A stretch of DNA of 11,213 nucleotides. Origin: Myxococcales bacterium. Its GTDB lineage: Bacteria; Myxococcota_A; Polyangia; Polyangiales; Polyangiaceae. The stretch covers positions 1 to 11,213 of the forward strand of contig SXNL01000123.1 of assembly GCA_005777185.1 (NCBI GenBank), written 5' to 3'. Within the stretch, counting starts at the first letter, position 1. The number at the start of each line of letters is the position of its first letter. The position numbers and the translations under genes are program-made. This document shows, in pieces, positions 1 to 5,961 of this stretch. Below the pieces are notes generated by a model, which worked only from the letters and a program-made list of their open reading frames with translations, made no database searches and had not been told where the DNA came from.

Positions 1-132
1 CGTCCGCCGCCACCACAACACCGCCTCGATGAAGTTCCGATCGTCCTTCGGCGGACGACCCGCTCGGCGCTGCGATCTCAGCAGCGCCTTGATCTTCGTC
101 CACTCTCGCTCCTGGAGTTGCCCTCGCGCCAT
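1..132 (-). mobile_element. IS5-family (IS427/IS1031-group) transposase OrfA, N-terminal fragment; the gene starts at 132 and runs off the window start
   Basis: Hand translation of the minus strand from the ATG at 130-132 gives MARGQLQEREWTKIKALLRSQRRAGRPPKDDRNFIEAVLWWRRT. This is the canonical N-terminus of IS4/IS5 'DUF4096' transposase OrfA proteins (L-x-D-x-E-W-x-x-I-x-P-LL ... GRPPKDDR..L.A.L..LRTG). It is absent from the ORF track because it is truncated by the window edge. Confidence 0.65.
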
Positions 133-215
133 CGTGCCCCGGATGGAACACAACGCCGCCCTCATGGACACGCCCCGGATTCGACGACGCGGCCAGGAAA
201 TCGTAGAGTCTCCGC

Positions 216-1139
216 ATGAGGCTTCGCCACGCTTTCTTCGTTTCGTTCGCCCTCGCGGTCGCCGTGGCGGGCTTCGCTTGCACCAAGGCCGATCCGCTCG
301 GCACGCCGACGGGCACGAGCTTCGACGGCGGGACCGAGCCGCCCTCGAAGAAGGACGCCACCGTGTTCGACCCAGGCGAGGCATCCGCGCCCACGCCCGA
401 CGCGGGGGCCAAGAAGGGGCAGGTCTATGCGCACACCGCGAGGACGCTGTACCTGTTCGAGCCCTACGCGAAGCAGCTGACGAAGGTGGGGGACTTCGAC
501 TGCCTCCCGGGCCCGGAGGTGATGATCGACATCGCCCTCAACGAGACCGGCGCGATGTACGGGACGACCAGCGACCTCGCCACCGACAAGGGACACTTCG
601 TCACCATCGATCCCATCTCCGCGAAGTGCACGACGAGGGGCGCCGTCGACTACTACCCGGACTCCCTCGGCTTCGTGCCAGCGGGGACGCTCGACGTGAA
701 GGAGGCGCTCGTCGGCTACGATGGCGAGTACTACGTCCGGGTCGACCTCGACACGGGCAAGATGACGGACATCGGGACGCTGAACCCGCCAGGCCCTGAC
801 GCGGGGACGCTGCACTACTCGTCGGGTGACATCGTCGCCATCATCGGCGACAAGGCGTACCTGACGGCAAACGACTCGGCCGACCTCGGGGACTACCTCC
901 TCGAGATCGATCCCAAGACGGGCCGCCGCGTGAAGGTCATCGCGCCACTCTCGACGCGAGAGCTGTGGGGCACCGGGTACTGGGGAGGAAAGATCTACGC
1001 GTTCTCCGGAGCCGGGCAGGTGCTGGAGGTGAACCCCGTCACCGGGGCGAAGTCGACCGTGGCGCAGATCGCCGTGCCCGACGGGGGCACTGGCTTCTAC
1101 GGCGCGGGCGTGACGACCCTGGCGCCACGTTCGCCCTGA
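216..1139 (+). CDS. Secreted or lipoprotein-like hypothetical protein with internal short repeats (possibly a beta-propeller fold)
   Basis: ATG at 216. The N-terminus MRLRHAFFVSFALAVAVAGFAC-TKA is a signal peptide with a Cys at the end of the hydrophobic core (relaxed lipobox). It has recurring (I/V)DPxTGxxxxV(G/I)-like segments (VTIDPISAKCTTRGAV, VRVDLDTGKMTDIG, LEIDPKTGRRVKVI, LEVNPVTGAKSTVAQI). Amino-acid composition is not Arg-rich, unlike the overlapping frames. TGA stop at 1137-1139. Confidence 0.6.
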   Translation: MRLRHAFFVSFALAVAVAGFACTKADPLGTPTGTSFDGGTEPPSKKDATVFDPGEASAPTPDAGAKKGQVYAHTARTLYLFEPYAKQLTKVGDFDCLPGPEVMIDIALNETGAMYGTTSDLATDKGHFVTIDPISAKCTTRGAVDYYPDSLGFVPAGTLDVKEALVGYDGEYYVRVDLDTGKMTDIGTLNPPGPDAGTLHYSSGDIVAIIGDKAYLTANDSADLGDYLLEIDPKTGRRVKVIAPLSTRELWGTGYWGGKIYAFSGAGQVLEVNPVTGAKSTVAQIAVPDGGTGFYGAGVTTLAPRSP

Positions 1140-1307
1140 CCTCGGCTTGAATAAAAGCCGGCCCGGGCAGATCCTTCCAGGATCGACCGCGTACAGTGGG
1201 ACGCGCACTCCCGCGCGCGACGGTTTCGAGAGGCCCTCGTGGAGGGATGGGCCCCGAGGATCGAGGTCGCGAGGGCTGACCCGTGCGCGATCCGGAGGTT
1301 TCATTCC

Positions 1308-2732
1308 ATGTCGAGGTGGTTCCAGAATGCACGTGTTCGCCGAGGCCTCGCCCTCGGCGCGGTCGTCCTCTCCACGGGAGGGCTCGTCCTCTACAAGGCG
1401 CCCGCGCAGGCGCACACGCCGTTCGCCCAGGTGATCGCATCGGGAAAGAACGTGCGGGAATTCTCGGGGCCGGGCGTGAAGGGGGCCATCTCGCTGTCGC
1501 ACGCCAAGGTGCTGTCGGGCACGCCGACGACCGTCTTCGCGGAGGTACGCCTGGCCGCGACGGCCGACGCGACCGATCGGCTGCGGGAGCGCGCGCCGAT
1601 CTCGATGGCGGTCGTGATCGACACCTCGGGCTCGATGAGCGGCGAGAAGATCGCGGAGGCTCGCCGCAGCGTGCTCAAGCTCGTCCAGGACATGCGCGAC
1701 GACGACGAGATCGCGCTGGTCCGCTACTCGGACACGAGCGAGCTCGTACAGTCCCTCGCCCGCGTCGGCCTCGTGCGAACCCAGCTCGAGCGGAAAATCC
1801 GCGATCTCCAGCCAGGCGGCGGCACGAACATCGCGCCCGCGATGAGCCACGGTAGGCGGGCGCTCGACGAGGCGTCCTCGGGGCGGGTGAAGCGGATCGT
1901 CCTCGTGAGCGACGGGCTCGACGCGACGCGGCAGCAGTCGGAGAGCGTGGCGCGATCGAGCTTCGAGAGCGGGATCACGGTGTCGTCGCTCGGGATCGGC
2001 CTCGACTTCGACGAGGGCTACATGGGCTCGGTGGCGATGAACGGCCACGGGAACTTCGCCTTCGTGAAGGACGGGGCCTCCCTCGCGCACTTCCTCAACA
2101 AGGAGCTGATCGAGACGTCCTCCACCACCGTCGAGCAGGCCCGCGTGAAGGTGCGCATCCCGCAGGGGTTCACGTTCGCGCGCTCGAGCGGCGCCGACGC
2201 GCGGGTCACAGGCGACGAGGTCGAGCTCGTGTTCGGCTCGCTCTTCGTGGGCGACGAGCGAAGGGCCATCGTCGAGCTCCGCGCGACCCTCCCCGAGGGC
2301 CGAGCCGCGGACCTCGGAGCGACCGTCTCCTGGACCCAGGTCGGCGGGAACCGGGCCTCGGTGGACGTCCCCACGCTCACGGTCCTCGCCGTGAGAAACC
2401 AGGCCGAGGTTGAGCGGGCGCGCGACGGTGCGGTGCTCGCGAGCGCCGTGAGCGTGCTCGCGTCCCAGCGTCAGCTCGAGGCCGCGGAGGCCTACACGCA
2501 CGGCGACCTCGACCGGGCCACGTCGCTCATCGATCAGAACGTGCGCGCGCTCGAGGAGGCCAAGGCGGCCGCTCCGATGGCGGCGGCGACCGCCCTCTCG
2601 AACCAGGCGGACTCCTACCGCAGCGCGAAGACGGGCTTCTCCCAGGCCGGCCCGGGGAGCGACGAGGGCCGGATGCGCGCGAAGGCGAGCGCCGCGCAGG
2701 AGATCAACAACCTCAGCCGGAAGGCGTTCTAG
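1308..2732 (+). CDS. Secreted von Willebrand factor type A (vWA) domain protein with complete MIDAS and a C-terminal helical extension
   Basis: ATG at 1308 preceded by GGAGG at 1294-1298. N-terminus MSRWFQNARVRRGLALGAVVLSTGGLVLYKAPAQA-HT is a signal peptide with an AXA cleavage site. The vWA core reads ISMAVVIDTSGSMSG (DxSxS MIDAS), ...GGGTNI (Thr), ...IVLVSDGLD (Asp). The longer ORF starts at 1239, but the RBS and signal peptide favour 1308. TAG stop at 2730-2732. Confidence 0.8.
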   Translation: MSRWFQNARVRRGLALGAVVLSTGGLVLYKAPAQAHTPFAQVIASGKNVREFSGPGVKGAISLSHAKVLSGTPTTVFAEVRLAATADATDRLRERAPISMAVVIDTSGSMSGEKIAEARRSVLKLVQDMRDDDEIALVRYSDTSELVQSLARVGLVRTQLERKIRDLQPGGGTNIAPAMSHGRRALDEASSGRVKRIVLVSDGLDATRQQSESVARSSFESGITVSSLGIGLDFDEGYMGSVAMNGHGNFAFVKDGASLAHFLNKELIETSSTTVEQARVKVRIPQGFTFARSSGADARVTGDEVELVFGSLFVGDERRAIVELRATLPEGRAADLGATVSWTQVGGNRASVDVPTLTVLAVRNQAEVERARDGAVLASAVSVLASQRQLEAAEAYTHGDLDRATSLIDQNVRALEEAKAAAPMAAATALSNQADSYRSAKTGFSQAGPGSDEGRMRAKASAAQEINNLSRKAF

Positions 2733-2734
2733 CC

Positions 2735-3664
2735 ATGCGCAAGATCGCGTTCCTCGTGGCCGCGGCGTGCGCCTTCGCGGCCACTCCGTACCTCAAGTAC
2801 CTCGGCGCGGTGCCCTCGGCGGTCGCCGCGGTGGGGCTGGGGATCGGCCTCGCCATGGCGGCCTCATCGGGCGCGTACGCGGTCTCGATCGCGGCCGGTT
2901 CGATCGGCGCGCTCGCGGCCGGGCTCCTGGCGCCGGTGTCGGGCCCCGCGTCGGGCGCGGTGTTCCTCGGCCTCGTCTTCGCGGAGCGCACGCTCCGCGT
3001 CCGCGGGAGGACGTCGCGGGCGCTCCACGTCCTCCTGGCGCTCGTCGGCGGCGCGATCGCCGGCGGGATCTCGAGCGCGTACGCGACCGCGAGCCTGCCC
3101 GTGATGGCCGTCGCCACGGTCGTCTGCTCCGTGCTCGTCGCGCTGCCGATGCTCGTCGACGCCGACGATCCGATCGCACACGCGCTGGATCAGGCCGCTT
3201 CGCTCGTCGCCGGCCGGAGCGCGTCGCTCCTCCACGAGGGCGCGGATCTGCGGCGCTCGACGCGCGAGATCCCGCTCGAGACGAGCCTCCACGCGCGCGT
3301 CGAGAAGACGTGGGCGGCCCTGCTCAAGCTCGCGGACGCCAGGGTGAAGATCGATCGCAGGCCACTGCCCACCGTCCCCCTCTCCCTCGCCGACGACACC
3401 TCCAGCGACGCCGCGCGATCGCCGGCCGACGCCGTCCTCGAGATGGTCGACGGGCGCATCGCCGAGCACGTGAAGGTGCTCGCCCGCGCCTACACGGCCG
3501 TGAACACCGCGAACGCCGCCCGGATCGGGCTCGACGACGCGGCCGTGAAGAGCGTCGCGACGGTCGGCGACAGCCTCGACGAGGTCAGCCGCACGATCGT
3601 GGAGGACGCGACCGAGGTGCCCCCGCTGGATCGCGAGCTCGCGCCGGCTCTCGGGAAGAGCTGA
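2735..3664 (+). CDS. Integral membrane protein (several N-terminal TM helices plus a cytoplasmic or periplasmic C-terminal domain), translationally coupled to the vWA gene
   Basis: ATG at 2735, only 2 nt after the vWA stop (TAGccATG), with GGAAGG 11 nt upstream. The N-terminal ~150 aa are strongly hydrophobic and Ala/Gly/Leu-rich (FLVAAACAFAA..., VGLGIGLAMAASSGAYAVSIAAGSIGALAAGLL..., VFLGLVFA..., LLALVGGAIAGGISSAYA..., VMAVATVVCSVLVALPML). The C-terminal ~150 aa are hydrophilic. Confidence 0.65.
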   Translation: MRKIAFLVAAACAFAATPYLKYLGAVPSAVAAVGLGIGLAMAASSGAYAVSIAAGSIGALAAGLLAPVSGPASGAVFLGLVFAERTLRVRGRTSRALHVLLALVGGAIAGGISSAYATASLPVMAVATVVCSVLVALPMLVDADDPIAHALDQAASLVAGRSASLLHEGADLRRSTREIPLETSLHARVEKTWAALLKLADARVKIDRRPLPTVPLSLADDTSSDAARSPADAVLEMVDGRIAEHVKVLARAYTAVNTANAARIGLDDAAVKSVATVGDSLDEVSRTIVEDATEVPPLDRELAPALGKS

Positions 3665-3750
3665 CCTTCGCCCGCCCTCTCACGTCCGGTCGAAGGTCGG
3701 AGCTCGGCGCGTCCGCGCCGGCGTGGGGCGCCTCTGGTAGGATCGCCGGG

Positions 3751-4917
3751 GTGACACGCAACCTGGTGGCGGCGATTTTACTGCATATTGCATGCATCGC
3801 CGGCTGCTCGAAGCAGGGCCTGATCGACGCCGCGATGATGAGCGCGCCTCGGCCGGAGCCGCCGGCACGAGCCGAGGTCGTGGTGGGCGAGCGCCGCTTC
3901 ACGCTCCTCGCGGGCGACGGGCATTGCCACGTCACCCCGCCAGACGCGCCCTTCCACGTGTCGCGCGACGTGGGGGCGGCCCTCGGGCTCGCGCGTGCAG
4001 AGCGCCTGGACTTCGTGATCTTCACGCCTCACGTGCGTGCGCGCTTCATGGCGGACCCCGAGCTTCGGGCCTCGTTCGTCGACGGCGCGCGCGTCCTCGA
4101 CCGCGAGCTGAGGGCGCTCGCCGCGACCGATGTCTTGCTGGTGCGCGGCTTCGAGTACACGGACCACATGTGGGGCCACGTCGGGTTCGCCTTCGGCGAC
4201 GAGACGCGCGCCCTCGAGGCCGCCGGAGACACCGGGGATCCGCGTCCGTTCTTCGAGGCCTACGTCGCCTCGGGTGGCGTCCTCACGCTGAACCACCCGC
4301 TCGTGTTGCCCCTCGATGGCGCGCCGTTCCACGAGGCCCGCGCCGACATGTCCTGGCGCGCGTTCACACGTCCCGCGCGCAGGCTCCCCGCGGACGTGGG
4401 CTGGCTCACCGCTCACGCCCACACGATCGAGACGTTCAACCTCGGCGTCTCCTTCCTCCGCGACCGGCTCCTCCGCGACGACCCGGAGGCGAGCTTCCGG
4501 GAGAACCACTTCCTGCTCGATCGCCAGATCCGCGCCCAGCGCCGCCGCCTCTCGTCGGTCGCCGGCTCCGACAGCCACGGGATGCATCTCCGCGCCGTGA
4601 TGTACGTGCTCGCCGACGCGCGCTCCACCGCGGACCTGCGGCGCGGGATCCTGGCGGGCCGCACCTGCGTGCGAGGGCCAGAGGCTTGCGTCGCGCAATT
4701 CCGGACGGACGGGCCCTGGCAGCCAGTGGGCAGCGCGCTCTCCTCGCCCCGCGCGCTCGAGATCGAGGCCCCCGCCGGCGCGACGGTCTACGTCGACGGC
4801 GTGAGACACGACGGCGCGAGCGTGCCGGCGCGCGCAGGCGTGTGCCAGGTGGTGCGTGTCCAGGTCGGACGGAGCATGTCGGGCCCGACGTACTTCAACT
4901 GCCCCTTCGTCACTTGA
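3751..4917 (+). CDS. PHP-domain (polymerase/histidinol-phosphatase-like) metal-dependent phosphoesterase with a lipoprotein signal peptide
   Basis: GTG at 3751 gives MTRNLVAAILLHIACIAG-C-SKQ, a textbook SPII signal with lipobox IAGC. An alternative ATG at 3835 would lose the signal. PHP motifs present: GDGHCH (HxH metal site), FTPHV, LNHP, GSDSHG (D.H). The in-frame sequence upstream of 3751 (ORF track 2767-) lies inside the membrane-protein gene in another frame and is Arg-rich noise. TGA stop at 4915-4917. Confidence 0.65.
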   Translation: MTRNLVAAILLHIACIAGCSKQGLIDAAMMSAPRPEPPARAEVVVGERRFTLLAGDGHCHVTPPDAPFHVSRDVGAALGLARAERLDFVIFTPHVRARFMADPELRASFVDGARVLDRELRALAATDVLLVRGFEYTDHMWGHVGFAFGDETRALEAAGDTGDPRPFFEAYVASGGVLTLNHPLVLPLDGAPFHEARADMSWRAFTRPARRLPADVGWLTAHAHTIETFNLGVSFLRDRLLRDDPEASFRENHFLLDRQIRAQRRRLSSVAGSDSHGMHLRAVMYVLADARSTADLRRGILAGRTCVRGPEACVAQFRTDGPWQPVGSALSSPRALEIEAPAGATVYVDGVRHDGASVPARAGVCQVVRVQVGRSMSGPTYFNCPFVT

Positions 4918-5815
4918 ACTGTACCGCGCCCGGCGCGGCCGCGTTGCTGAGCACCGCCGGGATCGTGTCCATGAGGACCTGCCCGTCGGTCGAGGTGATC
5001 CGCAGCGTGAGGCCGCCGGGCTGGAGGCCGACGCCATTCGTATCGATGAAGAAGTTGTAGTCTACACGTGGCATGTTCACGAAGGCTGCGCCCTTCTTGT
5101 ACTCGACCTTCGCGATCGGGACCCGATGGTTGCGGATCTGGATCGCGGTCCAGTACTGGGAGCTGCCGTCCTTGAAGAAGTAGCTGATGTTCCCGGTGAC
5201 CTCGCACGTGACCGCCTGCAGGGTGATGGGGACGATGCCCTTCACCTTGGGCGCGATCCTCTCGAAGCCTTGCGGGGAGAGGTCGATCGTGCTCCCGTCG
5301 CCGGCGCAGGTGGGACACGAGTCGACGACCCGCACGATGAGCTCCCCGAGCTCGCCGACGAGGCGGTAGCAGCCGCCACACACGGCGCTCGCGAGGTAGT
5401 CGGCCGTGTTCATCGCCGCGACGGTGTAGTACTGGCTCGCGGGAAGCTTGTCGTAGGAGCAGTGGCCGGTGCCGTCCGCCTCGACGTAGAAGGTCGCCTT
5501 GCCGTTCTTGATGGGGCCCAGCGTGCGGAGGCCACCGCTGGTGGAGCCGCTCGTCCCGCTGTCGCCGGACGCGCCGCTCGTCCCGCTGTCGCCAGACGCG
5601 CCGCTCGTCCCGCTCGTCCCGCTCGTCCCGCTCGTCCCGCTCGTGCCGGAGGCGCCGCTCGTGCCGGAGGCGCCGCTCGTGCCGGAGGCGCCGCTCGTGC
5701 CGCCCGACGTCGTCCCGACGTTGCCGGGATCGGCGGGCGGGCCGTCCTCCGCGCCACGGCAAGCGACGAACGCGAGGACGACCGAGGCGGTGGCGAGGAC
5801 GAGCGGATGACGCAC
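4910..5815 (-). CDS. exlX: Bacterial expansin (EXLX1/YoaJ-type: DPBB domain D1 plus CBM63-like domain D2) with lipoprotein signal and Thr/Ser/Gly-rich linker
   Basis: Strong similarity to B. subtilis EXLX1 as I recall it. STIDLSPQGFERIA matches GALDLSPNAFRKIG. GNISYFFKDGSSQYWTAIQIRNHRVPIAKVEYKKGAAFVNMPRVDYNFFIDTN matches GNFTYRIKEGSSRWWAAIQVRNHKYPVMKMEYEKDGKWINMEKMDYNHFVSTN. The C-terminal ...DTIPAV...GAVQF matches ...DTIPKL...GHVQF. A GTG at 5815 gives MRHPLVLATASVVLAFVAC-RG, a signal peptide ending in Cys. The maximal ORF instead starts at a GTG at 5917, adding 34 non-hydrophobic residues; that GTG has an AGGAG-like SD but overlaps the predicted sigma-54 promoter. TGA stop at 4910-4912. Confidence 0.75.
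   Translation of the reverse strand: MRHPLVLATASVVLAFVACRGAEDGPPADPGNVGTTSGGTSGASGTSGASGTSGASGTSGTSGTSGTSGTSGASGDSGTSGASGDSGTSGSTSGGLRTLGPIKNGKATFYVEADGTGHCSYDKLPASQYYTVAAMNTADYLASAVCGGCYRLVGELGELIVRVVDSCPTCAGDGSTIDLSPQGFERIAPKVKGIVPITLQAVTCEVTGNISYFFKDGSSQYWTAIQIRNHRVPIAKVEYKKGAAFVNMPRVDYNFFIDTNGVGLQPGGLTLRITSTDGQVLMDTIPAVLSNAAAPGAVQFK
5547..5700. repeat. Imperfect in-frame tandem repeats (27-bp unit x2, 9-bp unit gctcgtccc x4-5, 18-bp unit gctcgtgccggaggcgcc x3) encoding the (T/A/D)SG linker of the expansin
   Basis: Directly visible: gccgctcgtcccgctgtcgccggacgc / gccgctcgtcccgctgtcgccagacgc; then gctcgtccc repeated; then gctcgtgccggaggcgcc x3. On the minus strand this translates to GTSGASGTSGASGTSGASGTSGTSGTSGTSGTSGASGDSGTSGASGDSG. 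Confidence 0.8.
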
Positions 5816-5833
5816 GCCGGTAGTGTATTCGTT

Positions 5834-5849
5834 TGGCGCGCCCGCGCCA
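5834..5849. promoter_or_regulatory. 16-bp palindrome TGGCGCG-cc-CGCGCCA about 70 bp upstream of the candidate -24 element; possible enhancer-binding-protein or regulator site
   Basis: Arms tggcgcg (5834-5840) and cgcgcca (5843-5849) are exact reverse complements. Position relative to the sigma-54-like element matches typical bEBP upstream activator sites. It lies in the divergent intergenic region if the expansin starts at 5815. Confidence 0.2.
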
Positions 5850-5911
5850 TTCTGGATGCAGCTCTGGGCGCCTGGTCCCTGGAAATCGGCCCGTTTCGCA
5901 CCTACGTGAGG

Positions 5912-5927
5912 TGGCACGGGAGGTGCT
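5912..5927 (+). promoter_or_regulatory. Candidate sigma-54 (RpoN) -24/-12 promoter for the MVP-homologue gene
   Basis: TGGCACG (5912-5918) - GGAG - GTGCT (5923-5927) against the consensus TGGCACG-N4-TTGCW. The GG (5913-5914) and GC (5925-5926) have the exact N10 spacing. The predicted TSS near 5938 gives a ~24-nt leader containing the SD GAAGAAGGAG (5946-5955) before the ATG at 5962. Confidence 0.35.
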
Positions 5928-5961
5928 CCTCGCGGGGCGTCTCTCGAAGAAGGAGCCCGCC

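Noticed and set aside
29-799. 256-aa + strand ORF overlapping the transposase start and the lipoprotein gene
   Set aside because: Arg-rich and low complexity. It overlaps two better-supported genes in other frames or strands.
162-2501. 779-aa ORF on the minus strand spanning the lipoprotein and vWA genes
   Set aside because: Extremely Arg/Gly/Pro/His-rich with no recognisable motifs. It is antisense to two frames that have clear signal peptides and a vWA MIDAS motif. This is a typical open-frame artefact of GC-rich DNA.
2767-3750. Upstream two-thirds of the 716-aa ORF 2767-4917 (frame of the PHP gene)
   Set aside because: This part lies inside the membrane-protein gene in a different frame and translates to poly-Arg/Gly/Asp noise. 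The recognisable PHP protein begins with a lipoprotein signal at GTG 3751.
3665-3750. TGGTAGGAT (3736-3744) as an extended -10 giving a leaderless PHP mRNA
   Set aside because: It is only a partial match to TATAAT, with no -35 partner identified, and GTG is a poor leaderless start. Read-through from the vWA/membrane operon is a simpler explanation.
3778-5060. Overlapping 419-aa (-) and 422-aa (+) ORFs across the PHP gene
   Set aside because: Both are Arg/Pro-rich with no motifs. The third frame (3751-4917) carries PHP motifs and a lipobox.
5547-5700. Possible CRISPR array suggested by short direct repeats
   Set aside because: The repeats are contiguous with no unique spacers and are in frame within a coding linker. 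This is a coding tandem repeat, not CRISPR.
5499-5810. 103-aa + strand ORF with PLVPLSPDAPLVPLVPLVP repeats
   Set aside because: It is the antisense reading of the expansin TSG-linker tandem repeats, not an independent proline-rich protein.
5834-5849. TGGCGCG...GCGCC as a second sigma-54 -24/-12 element
   Set aside because: The GG-to-GC spacing is 9, not 10, and there is no TTGC-like -12 box. It is better read as a perfect 7+2+7 palindrome, a possible regulator site.
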